Shown here one piece after another: positions 8,668 to 16,677 of a stretch of 39,188 bases of DNA (position 1 is its first letter; every line of letters starts with the position of its first letter). The stretch is from an archaeon (lineage in GTDB: Archaea > Thermoplasmatota > E2 > UBA202 > JdFR-43). The DNA is taken from NCBI GenBank assembly GCA_024275755.1, contig JAJRYN010000100.1, positions 1-39,188 of the forward strand, in the 5' to 3' direction. The position numbers and the translations under genes are program-made. The notes below the pieces were generated by a model. It was not told where the DNA came from. It did no database searches and saw only the letters and a list, made by a program, of their open reading frames with translations.

Positions 8668-9336
8668 CTTTCCATTTCTGGCAGAATATATAGAAGCAAG
8701 ACATAAAATGGCAGATATACACGCGAAAGCAAGCATGAAAAGAATGAGAATAATGAACTGGCTAATCATTTCATATTCCATTAGGAATATGGGAATGCTT
8801 CCTCCTATCAGGGCTATGGTTGCTTCCGCCAGAGACGGACTTTTTCTACTCAAAGCAATTTTTATTGCCTTCAAACCACTCTTATCTTTTATCTCCTCTC
8901 TCACCCTCTCTGTAATATGAACTGCAAAATCTATGCCTACGCCAATTGCAATTGATGAAACTGTTATTGTAGATATGTTTAATGGGATATTCAGTAAAAC
9001 AAGCATGCTTGGCTGCCATATTAAAAGAAATAAAATTGGTATCATGGTAAAAGAGGCATATCTGAAAGAGCGGAAAACTATGAGAAGGCAGAGATACACT
9101 AAAATTAGAGAAATGAACATGAAACGAAGTTGCTGATCCATCAACATGTCATTTAATTCGACAGTTATGGCAGCCAGACCAGCAAGTTGGGAAATCTCCC
9201 CATATTCTTTTATTTCTGTATTGTATTGTCTTATTATCTGATTAACTGATGAAACGCTTCTTTTTGTTTCCTTAAGCGGCATGATTGGCATTTCTATATA
9301 GATTAGAGTCTTGTTATAGTCCTTATTTAGCATCAT
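8647..9336 (-). CDS. HAE3/MMPL-like RND exporter, C-terminal 229-aa part (same frame as 9349..10836)
   Basis: It continues the second loop and carries the second TM bundle with GVGIDFAVHITERV. Only TAA plus 4 codons (KYKV) separate it from the upstream part, in the same frame. Confidence 0.7.
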   Translation of the reverse strand: MMLNKDYNKTLIYIEMPIMPLKETKRSVSSVNQIIRQYNTEIKEYGEISQLAGLAAITVELNDMLMDQQLRFMFISLILVYLCLLIVFRSFRYASFTMIPILFLLIWQPSMLVLLNIPLNISTITVSSIAIGVGIDFAVHITERVREEIKDKSGLKAIKIALSRKSPSLAEATIALIGGSIPIFLMEYEMISQFIILILFMLAFACISAILCLASIYSARNGKLLEEWR

Positions 9337-9348
9337 TACCTTGTATTT

Positions 9349-10836
9349 TTATGGCACTCTCTCAAAAATATTTTCAACTTCTTCTTTGGTTCTTGGTATT
9401 CTTCCCGCATTCAATCTTTTGACTACATCCACAATTGAATAGGCGGATGCATTTTCTACACCTGTATTTATTATCTTTTCCATTTCATCAAGTTTTTCAA
9501 GCAATTTTGGCTCAAGAATTCCTTCTGGAGGGGTTTCAACAAGTATAACTCCTGATTGCCCTGCATTGAATTTTTCTGAATACTCTCGCATAACAACATG
9601 GCTTTTCATTTTCTGGGGCATCATTTCCCATACAGATGTTCTCTGGGATACATAAGGAATGGAGGCTATTGAAACAAGAGAAACAAAAGCAAGAATCAAT
9701 AAAATTTGTTTTCTATATCTCGTCAAATTTGCCAGAGAATTCCATTTTAATTCAACCCTTCTTTTTGGAGGAAAAGCAAGGAGCAAACATGGAATCAAAA
9801 TCATTGTTGAAACAAAACAATATGAAACACCTATCAAAAAGGCAAGACCCATATTCTCTATAGGAGGCATATCAGATGTGAGCAGGGAAGCGAAACCAAC
9901 TATTGTTGTTATGGCAGATAAAAAAACAGCCTTTCCAGTTGTATTAATCATTTTTTTGATAGCTTCTTCTCTCTTTTTTCTCATCAATTCCATAAAATAA
10001 TTTATCATGTGCAAAGAATATGCCACCCCTAAAGCACCAAGCAACGGCAGAACAGCAATTACAGTTGGAGCAAATTCAACAGGCATCATTCCCATTGTGC
10101 CGAAAGTCAATGCCACAGAATAAAGTACAGGAGCTATAGCTATCAATACAGTTTTCATTTCTCTATGAAATGCATATAAAACGAATAGCAGGATAAATAG
10201 AGAGAGCAAACCAACATTATAAATTCTTCCCATAATCCAGTCTATTGTTTCCTTATAAAGAGTGAGCATTCCTGTTGGAAAAGCTTTGATATTATGGGTT
10301 GTCTGGACTATGGGATATATTTTATCATCAAGCAAAGTATCAACATCTGCATCTTTGGTGGTAGTCAGTATAATTACTCCATTTTCGTAATCGTGTGAAA
10401 TAAGCTTGTATTTTATTTCATCTGGTATGAATTTAAGCAGGAGATTTACATATTGCTGATTATTTGGTATCTCATCCTTTCCAATTATTGGAAAATTTGC
10501 ATTTGTATCTTTTATCAGAGACGCAATACTTGCAGTATATACCACTTCATCTTCTATGCCCTCTTCAGGATTCAAAGCATTTTCTATGCCATCCATTTCC
10601 TTCAGAGAAGGAACGCTCGTAATATTATCAGCCTCAATATAAATCATTAGAGAATCGATTGGCCACTCTTTTCTTATCTTATTCAGTAATTGAACACTTG
10701 GTTGCTCGGAAGGCATATAAACTTCGATATCAGATGTTATAACAACGTTAACAGCTTGTAAAGAAATCAGGATAGTTATGATTGTAAAAACAAGTATTGT
10801 GAGTTTTGGCTTCTTAAGTAATAAGTCATATTGCAT
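9349..10836 (-). CDS. HAE3/MMPL-like RND exporter, N-terminal 495-aa part (ends at in-frame TAA 9349..9351)
   Basis: TM1, an extracytoplasmic domain, TM2-6 (GALGVAYSLHMINYF motif) and the start of a second loop. It is a paralogue of 6385..8667. Confidence 0.75.
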   Translation of the reverse strand: MQYDLLLKKPKLTILVFTIITILISLQAVNVVITSDIEVYMPSEQPSVQLLNKIRKEWPIDSLMIYIEADNITSVPSLKEMDGIENALNPEEGIEDEVVYTASIASLIKDTNANFPIIGKDEIPNNQQYVNLLLKFIPDEIKYKLISHDYENGVIILTTTKDADVDTLLDDKIYPIVQTTHNIKAFPTGMLTLYKETIDWIMGRIYNVGLLSLFILLFVLYAFHREMKTVLIAIAPVLYSVALTFGTMGMMPVEFAPTVIAVLPLLGALGVAYSLHMINYFMELMRKKREEAIKKMINTTGKAVFLSAITTIVGFASLLTSDMPPIENMGLAFLIGVSYCFVSTMILIPCLLLAFPPKRRVELKWNSLANLTRYRKQILLILAFVSLVSIASIPYVSQRTSVWEMMPQKMKSHVVMREYSEKFNAGQSGVILVETPPEGILEPKLLEKLDEMEKIINTGVENASAYSIVDVVKRLNAGRIPRTKEEVENIFERVP

Positions 10837-10876
10837 CTCAAACCCTTTCCCTTATATTTTTTGTTTCTATTTAAAA

Positions 10877-12016
10877 TTACCTGATTCTTCTTCTTATGGC
10901 TATGAAAATCACCGCAGCTATTGCAAAAATTACTTCAAATCCTGGTGTGCCTCCTCCGCCACCAGATGATTCAACGGTTATTTTTATTGAAGTTGTGTCC
11001 TCCTCGCCATAATTATCCATTACAGTTAATGTAACAGTATATTCTCCTGCCTTTGTATATTTGTGAGTTGGATTCTGCTGATTGCTTGTTGTTCCATCTC
11101 CAAAATCCCAGTGCCATGAAACTATTGTTCCATCTTCGTCTGTGCTATCACTTTCAAAAAATATGTTTGAACCGACTTTTGGTTGTTCTGGAGAATATTT
11201 TATTCTTGCTACAGGAGGAATATTTTCCTTCTCTTCATGCCTCCAGTCAACAAGCTGTATCATAAGGCTCTGGCTTCCTCCCGTATCTATCAAGCGCTCA
11301 ATCATTCCTTTTTTTGCATTCCAGAACATGTATGTATTGTTGAAAGGTATTATATCACCAAATGGATTGTAGCCTGATTTTATTATATATACATCTCCAT
11401 CTACCTTTGTACATTCAAATGAAAATGAAACTTCTCCACTCGTTGGATAATCTCCATAATATAGAGTTGCATATGAATTCGCTTCCCATTTTTCTCCTTC
11501 ATTTACTGGAAAGTTCATGAAATCAAGGGGAGGATTGTATTCTGCTTTGATTGTAGCTTTACCAACAGGTAAATTTGGTATTGGAACGGTAGTTGATACA
11601 TTGATATAGACATCGTTTTCATTGCTTACAACGGACAGATTCTTTGTTGTGAAATAAATGGTTCCTGTTGCTTCTATGGTGAATGTACCATCAATTGTTT
11701 GATCTTTCCCAAATAAATTACCCTCTATATGGAGTGTTCCTGAAATAGACGCGTTCATTGCAGTTTTATAGCATCCAACAGCTTTATCATCTATTTCCAA
11801 TACTTCAACATCCACCACTTTCAATAAGATATTAACGCTTTGTGTGGAAATGTCTATACTGAATGAGTAATTTTCATAATCTATGCTTTCACTCACACTA
11901 TAACTCCCAGAATATTTCCAGTAATCACCCACACTCCAGTTCGGTTTTTCTAAGGCGGCATTAGCATAAGGAAGGAGAAGCAATAGCAGGGCGATTGTCA
12001 GATATCTCAACTTCAT
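10877..12016 (-). CDS. secreted PKD-domain protein with PGF-CTERM sorting signal
   Basis: Signal peptide MKLRYLTIALLLLLLPYANA, PKD signature WHWDFGDGTTS...HKYTKAGEYTVTLTV, and C-terminus GGGGGTPGFEVIFAIAAVIFIAIRRRIR (PGF + TM + basic tail). Confidence 0.8.
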   Translation of the reverse strand: MKLRYLTIALLLLLLPYANAALEKPNWSVGDYWKYSGSYSVSESIDYENYSFSIDISTQSVNILLKVVDVEVLEIDDKAVGCYKTAMNASISGTLHIEGNLFGKDQTIDGTFTIEATGTIYFTTKNLSVVSNENDVYINVSTTVPIPNLPVGKATIKAEYNPPLDFMNFPVNEGEKWEANSYATLYYGDYPTSGEVSFSFECTKVDGDVYIIKSGYNPFGDIIPFNNTYMFWNAKKGMIERLIDTGGSQSLMIQLVDWRHEEKENIPPVARIKYSPEQPKVGSNIFFESDSTDEDGTIVSWHWDFGDGTTSNQQNPTHKYTKAGEYTVTLTVMDNYGEEDTTSIKITVESSGGGGGTPGFEVIFAIAAVIFIAIRRRIR

Positions 12017-12033
12017 ATTGGCTTATTTGCTCG

Positions 12034-13281
12034 TCATATAAAATTTTTTGCATCAATTTCAAGGCGAGGAGAAATTTCTCCTGCTATATTTTCTCTCATT
12101 GCCTTCTCCACATCCTTTTCATTTGCAAGCACCCACATCAATTTTATCCATGCTACTTCTGGCAACATATCCTCGCCTTCTATCACCCCTGCTTTGATCA
12201 ATTTTCTGCCCGTGGAGTAAACATTTAGGTTAACTCTTCCATAAAGACACTGTGTTGTAATAACAACGGGAATTCCTTTTCTTGTTAAATTTTTGATTGC
12301 AGGAATTAAATGTTCGCCGACGTGTCCTAATCCGGTGCCAGCAATAACAATGCCATCCTTTCCATCTATCATTTTTTCGAAATCCTCTCTTTTCATTCCA
12401 GGATAATAATGAATCAGGGCAACATTTTCATTTAACTTTGTTTTTGCCTTTACTTTTCCCTTGCTTCTTTTCCTGTATTCACCATAAAATTCTATTTTAT
12501 CTTCGTTAATTAAACCAATGGGCCTTGCATTTATTGAAACAAAAGCATCTCTCCGCGAAGAATGCATTTTTCTAACTTTTGTAGCTCTGTGAATAAAACA
12601 TCCGTTTGAGGAGATGCTGCTGTGCATCACAATAACAACCTCACCAATATCAGTTAAAGCAACTTTTGTAGCAGCCATTAAATTAATGAAAGCATCGCTG
12701 CTAGGTCTATCTGAAGAACGCTGACTCCCAACAAAAACAACTGCCCCATTCAAATTTTTTAGCATAAATGCCAAAGCAGCTGAAGAATAGGTCATTGTAT
12801 CTGTTCCATGAGCTATAACAACTGGCTTACCTTCATTCAAATATTTTGCTGCCTCCCTTGCCATTTTCTGCCAGTCCTTTGGTTTTATATTCTCGCTCAA
12901 CTTCTGAAACAAAATTTTTGCCTCAATATTGCATATATCAAAAATTTCTGGCATTGCAAAGGCGAGCTCTTCTGCTGTAGAGGCAGGGTGAACTGCGCCA
13001 GTTTCATAATCAACATAACTTGCTATTGTACCTCCTGTTCCTATTAATGCCACTGTGGGCTTTTTTTCATCATATGGAATCTCTCCCATTTTCCTCTCCT
13101 TCTTCCTCCCCTTCTTTATTATTCTTATTTTGCACCCTTTTAAATTGATGCCAATATTGTAACCATTTGGAAGCTTTATAATCAAAATATTTTTCTCACT
13201 GAAAGCATGATGTGGCATTACAATACCCCTGTAAGTTTTTCCATCCTTTACAACTTCAACTTCATCTCCCACTTCAATCAT
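12034..13281 (-). CDS. gatD: Glu-tRNA(Gln) amidotransferase subunit D
   Basis: 415 aa. The N-terminal domain is GatD-type (GDEVEVVKDGKTYRGIVMP). The asparaginase-like motifs GTGGTIAS and HGTDTM are present. Confidence 0.9.
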   Translation of the reverse strand: MIEVGDEVEVVKDGKTYRGIVMPHHAFSEKNILIIKLPNGYNIGINLKGCKIRIIKKGRKKERKMGEIPYDEKKPTVALIGTGGTIASYVDYETGAVHPASTAEELAFAMPEIFDICNIEAKILFQKLSENIKPKDWQKMAREAAKYLNEGKPVVIAHGTDTMTYSSAALAFMLKNLNGAVVFVGSQRSSDRPSSDAFINLMAATKVALTDIGEVVIVMHSSISSNGCFIHRATKVRKMHSSRRDAFVSINARPIGLINEDKIEFYGEYRKRSKGKVKAKTKLNENVALIHYYPGMKREDFEKMIDGKDGIVIAGTGLGHVGEHLIPAIKNLTRKGIPVVITTQCLYGRVNLNVYSTGRKLIKAGVIEGEDMLPEVAWIKLMWVLANEKDVEKAMRENIAGEISPRLEIDAKNFI

Positions 13282-13320
13282 TAAAAGTTAAATACAAGTT
13301 TGTATATAAGCACTGCCAAC

Positions 13321-13435
13321 AGCCCCGTGGTGTAGTGGTCAAGCATGGCGGACTTTGGGTGGGCGCTCCGCGGCTCACCTCCGCCTGCGGCCCAGAAGAA
13401 ATCCGCCGACGGCAGTTCGAATCTGCCCGGGGCTA
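13321..13435 (+). tRNA. tRNA-Gln (UUG) with a 42-nt intron (13359..13400)
   Basis: Acceptor AGCCCCG/CGGGGCT (A1-U72), anticodon stem GCGGA/TCCGC, loop CTTTGG|A, T arm GGCAG-TTCGAAT-CTGCC, discriminator A. The BHB has central helix CTTT/GAAG, bulges GG|G and AA|A, and inner helix TGGGC/GCCCA. Confidence 0.9.
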
Positions 13436-13438
13436 TGT

Positions 13439-13563
13439 GCTCCCGTGGTGTAGCCCGGCCAATCATTTCGGCCTTTCTAAGAGCTCCTTTGGGGGTAAAA
13501 TACCTTTTCCAAAAGGAGCTCTGAAGAAAGCCGAAGACTCGGGTTCAAATCCCGACGGGAGCA
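13439..13563 (+). tRNA. tRNA-Glu (UUC) with a ~50-nt intron (13479..13528; boundary +/-1)
   Basis: Acceptor GCTCCCG/CGGGAGC, anticodon stem TCGGC/GCCGA, T arm TCGGG-TTCAAAT-CCCGA, discriminator A. The BHB has central helix CTTT/GAAG, bulges CT|A and AA|A, and inner helix AGAGCTCCTTT-GG/CCAAAAGGAGCTCT. It starts 3 nt after tRNA-Gln. Confidence 0.85.
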
Positions 13564-13567
13564 CTCA

Positions 13568-13574
13568 TTTTTTT
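13568..13574 (+). terminator. oligo-T tract (T7) after the tRNA-Gln/tRNA-Glu tandem
   Basis: TTTTTTT begins 5 nt after the tRNA-Glu discriminator. Archaeal RNAP terminates at T-runs. Confidence 0.4.
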
Positions 13575-13986
13575 ATCTTATCGGTATAATATTTATTTTC
13601 TCACAATTTCCTACTAATGTCACATATAAATAGCCGTCTCTGAAAATTCCATCAAAATCGTATATTTCAATCCTTGCACCCATCCATCCCCCATTCATAT
13701 TGAATTTTTGCATTCCATTTTCATCTACTATGACGAAGATGCCCGGCAAATGAGGATATCTGTGGTTGCCCAGCCTTATCAATTCTTCATCATAATAGGT
13801 TATACGATACAGATTGGTGATTACAAAAATAGTGGCATTGTGGTATGTTTCACTATAACAGATTGCGCTGTGTTTACTTTCAGTAAATGCCCCACTTACA
13901 TGATTTGTCGATGGCAAAATAATACTCAGTAGAATAATAACAAAACACATCCCTATCAATTTTTTTCCGACTATATTTCTCTGCAT
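13573..13986 (-). CDS. hypothetical secreted/membrane-anchored protein
   Basis: 137-aa ORF with an N-terminal hydrophobic segment (LIGMCFVIILLSIILP). I recognised no family motif. Confidence 0.5.
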   Translation of the reverse strand: MQRNIVGKKLIGMCFVIILLSIILPSTNHVSGAFTESKHSAICYSETYHNATIFVITNLYRITYYDEELIRLGNHRYPHLPGIFVIVDENGMQKFNMNGGWMGARIEIYDFDGIFRDGYLYVTLVGNCEKINIIPIR

Positions 13987-14246
13987 TAAAATATTAAATA
14001 TTGAAATTATATTTAATTATTTTTAATAAATGCGGCATCCTGAATTGTTTTGCAATGAATCGTAGAATTATGAAAGGTGATAGAAAAGTATACCTGAGGA
14101 AAGAATTGCCAAATGCTCAAAGATAAGCAACCATACAACAACATTCCTTTTCCATTCTCAAAATAAATCGAGATACTACGATTGATGAGACGAATGGGCA
14201 GATTGCTGAATACTACTCTTTTTATCTTCTATAAATTATGCATTCA

Positions 14247-14849
14247 TCATTCATTTTGGCTGGAAAACCTCTTCATCTCTTCCTTGCCCATCTTAAACGC
14301 CTTCATGTTCATTTCTATGTATTTTTCTGGAATTGTTTCTCTTATAACTTCCAGAATGCTTTCTTCTTTTAGAGGTAGTATCTGCAGAGAATGAAATGCT
14401 CCGAGCATAACAACATTCTTTGTTAAAATGCTCCCTGCTTTCCTTGCAATTTCATCTGCATTTATTTTGATTAGCCGACAATGCTTTTCTATCTTTTCAA
14501 AAATTTCATCTACCGGAGGATAGCTTCCAATACCTATTGAGACCAGAGGAGGAATTATGGGATTTATATCTGTAAGAACAACACCATTTTTTCTCACCTT
14601 GCTTAAATTTCTTAATGCTTCCAGAGGCTCAAAAGCAACAATTGCATCTGCTGTCTCATTTGCTATTATTGGTGAAAAGACGTTGCCTATTCTCACGCTG
14701 CACTCAACATTCCCGCCACGCTGAGCCATTCCATGCAACTCAGAGGTTATAACATTATAGTCTTCTTTCAATGCGGCTTTTGCAATTATGTTTGCTGCCG
14801 TTATCACACCTTGTCCGCCTACGCCTGCTATAATAATGCTTATCTTCAT
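14247..14849 (-). CDS. iorB: indolepyruvate:ferredoxin oxidoreductase subunit beta
   Basis: MKISIIIAGVGGQGVITAANI is a typical N-terminus. The start is trimmed to the ATG that forms an ATGA overlap with the iorA stop (14846-14849). Confidence 0.85.
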   Translation of the reverse strand: MKISIIIAGVGGQGVITAANIIAKAALKEDYNVITSELHGMAQRGGNVECSVRIGNVFSPIIANETADAIVAFEPLEALRNLSKVRKNGVVLTDINPIIPPLVSIGIGSYPPVDEIFEKIEKHCRLIKINADEIARKAGSILTKNVVMLGAFHSLQILPLKEESILEVIRETIPEKYIEMNMKAFKMGKEEMKRFSSQNE

Positions 14850-16675
14850 TTCACCACCTCTATTGCATTGAATGGGCATACCTGTGGGCATACTCCACAT
14901 CCAGTACATAATGCAGCATTTATCTTTATGGCATCATCATCAAAATAAAATGCGGGACAGGCAAATTTTGTTATGCATATCTTGCATTTTTTGCAATTGT
15001 TTTGGTTAACTTGATACAATTTCCTTTCCTTCTTTATTTTTCTTTCAAGCAGAATGCACGGCGCTTTCGAGATTATAACAGAGAGCCCCTCATATTCCAG
15101 CGCTCTCTTAAATGCTTCTTTAGCTTCATTTAAATTTCTAGGATCAATAACCTCAACATGCTTTACTCCCAAGCCCTTAACAACCTTTTCCATATCCATT
15201 GCTATTGCTTCATTTCCCATCCCATCTATGGCATTGCCAGGATGCGGCTGATGGCCTGTCATGGCAGTTGTGGAGTTATCCAATATTGCAACAACGAAGT
15301 TATGATTGTGATGCACTGCATTAACCAAGGCGGGCAGCCCGGCATGATAAAATGTTGAATCTCCAATAAAAGCAACAACCTTCTGATCGGTTGCATACGA
15401 AAAACCACAACCTGTTCCGATACTTGAACCCATACAAAGCAAAAAATCAGCTGTTTTATATGGTGGAAGCAAGCCAAGAGTATAACAGCCAATGTCGGTG
15501 GGATAAATTGTGTCAGGAGGGGCAACCTGTTTTACTGCATAATATGTTGCCCTATGAGGGCATCCGGGACAGAGAACAGGAGGACGATCTGTAATCTTCT
15601 CTTTACTCTCCTTTTTATCCCACTTTATTCCAAAAAATTTCGCTAAAGCAGCATAAACAATATCCATATTATATTCATAATATCTTTTCAGTTCTCCAAA
15701 TCCTTTGCCATATATTTCAATATCTATGTCGTTTTGCTCAATAATTGTTCTTATCTGTTCTTCCATAAATGGCTCAAGTTCTTCAACAACAATTATCTTT
15801 TCACATTCATTCAGAAATTCAATAATTTTTTTATCTGGCAGGGGATAACTCATTCCAATCTTAAAAATTTTGCATTTCAAATTCAAATCATCTACTGCTT
15901 CTCTTACATAATTATATGCTGCCCCAGAGGTTATTATACCATATTTTCCTCCAAAGTCTTCCACAAAATTGAATTTACTTTTATTGGACATTTCTCTTGC
16001 TTTTTCCATCTTTTTCAGTAAAACAGGATGAAGTTTTCTCGCCACTTCTGGAACAGTAACAGTAAGCCCGCTTTTCTCGAATTTTCCTTTTTTCTCTTTC
16101 ATTTCCAGTTTGCCAAGCTTCACAACGCCTCTTACATGAGATATACGGGTTGTAGTTCGCAGTATTACAGGCAACTCTAGCTTTTCTGATAATTCGATAG
16201 CTTCCATAGTCATATCTTTCGCCTCCTGCGGACTGCTAGGCTCCAGCATTGGAAGCGACGAAAATTTTGCGTAGCATCTGTTATCCTGTTCATTCTGGCT
16301 TGAATGACAGCTTGGGTCGTCGGCAGTAACAATCACATGTCCACCCTTGCTGCCTATATAGGCATAGGTCATCAGGGCATCACTTGCAACATTTAAACCA
16401 ACGTGCTTCATGCAGGTTAAAGCACGCAACCCAGCATGAGAGGCAGCAGCAGCAAATTCAAGAGCAACCTTTTCATTTACAGAGTACTGAAAATAGAATG
16501 GCACTTCTTTGCCAGCATTTTTTAAGTATCTTGCTACAGCTGCTAGGCTGTCAGCTATTTCTGACGATGGCGTGCCAGGATAAGTTGTTGCAATATCAAT
16601 ATCTGCTTCCAATGCTCCTCTTGCTATTGCCTCATTACCCAGTAAAACTTTTTTTCCTTCCCCCAATAAATCCAT
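14846..16675 (-). CDS. iorA: indolepyruvate:ferredoxin oxidoreductase subunit alpha
   Basis: 609 aa. It has a TPP-binding region (GDSTFYHAGLPALVN) and a C-terminal 2x[4Fe-4S] ferredoxin-like region (CKKCKIC...CP; CTGCGVCPQVCP). A GGAGG Shine-Dalgarno sequence lies 7 nt upstream. Confidence 0.9.
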   Translation of the reverse strand: MDLLGEGKKVLLGNEAIARGALEADIDIATTYPGTPSSEIADSLAAVARYLKNAGKEVPFYFQYSVNEKVALEFAAAASHAGLRALTCMKHVGLNVASDALMTYAYIGSKGGHVIVTADDPSCHSSQNEQDNRCYAKFSSLPMLEPSSPQEAKDMTMEAIELSEKLELPVILRTTTRISHVRGVVKLGKLEMKEKKGKFEKSGLTVTVPEVARKLHPVLLKKMEKAREMSNKSKFNFVEDFGGKYGIITSGAAYNYVREAVDDLNLKCKIFKIGMSYPLPDKKIIEFLNECEKIIVVEELEPFMEEQIRTIIEQNDIDIEIYGKGFGELKRYYEYNMDIVYAALAKFFGIKWDKKESKEKITDRPPVLCPGCPHRATYYAVKQVAPPDTIYPTDIGCYTLGLLPPYKTADFLLCMGSSIGTGCGFSYATDQKVVAFIGDSTFYHAGLPALVNAVHHNHNFVVAILDNSTTAMTGHQPHPGNAIDGMGNEAIAMDMEKVVKGLGVKHVEVIDPRNLNEAKEAFKRALEYEGLSVIISKAPCILLERKIKKERKLYQVNQNNCKKCKICITKFACPAFYFDDDAIKINAALCTGCGVCPQVCPFNAIEVVK

Positions 16676-16677
16676 TT

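Noticed and set aside
13281-13320. Assigning specific TATA boxes within the gatD/tRNA-Gln spacer
   Set aside because: Two AT-rich candidates exist (TTAAAAGTTAAATA and TATATAAG). Their distances to the mature tRNA 5' end and to the gatD ATG are ambiguous without TSS data, so no promoter feature was called.
13212-13589. ORFs 13212..13589 (+) and 13281..13466 (-)
   Set aside because: They are read-throughs of the tRNA-Gln/tRNA-Glu genes and their introns. The G+C-rich tRNA sequence simply lacks stop codons.
14183-14209. C-box-like TGATGA followed 17 nt later by CTGA (possible C/D-box sRNA) in the 260-nt spacer 13987-14246
   Set aside because: The spacing is too short for a complete C/D' C'/D guide RNA. 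There are no terminal stem or internal boxes, and the base before the C box is not a purine. This is probably chance.
14850-14909. N-terminal extensions in the ORF track: iorB (to 14909), nnr (to 20366), speH (from 17483), nac (from 21688), tpiA (from 32321), sat (from 22748)
   Set aside because: Internal ATGs give canonical family N-termini and ATGA or short-gap coupling with the neighbouring genes. The extensions overlap upstream genes or promoters.
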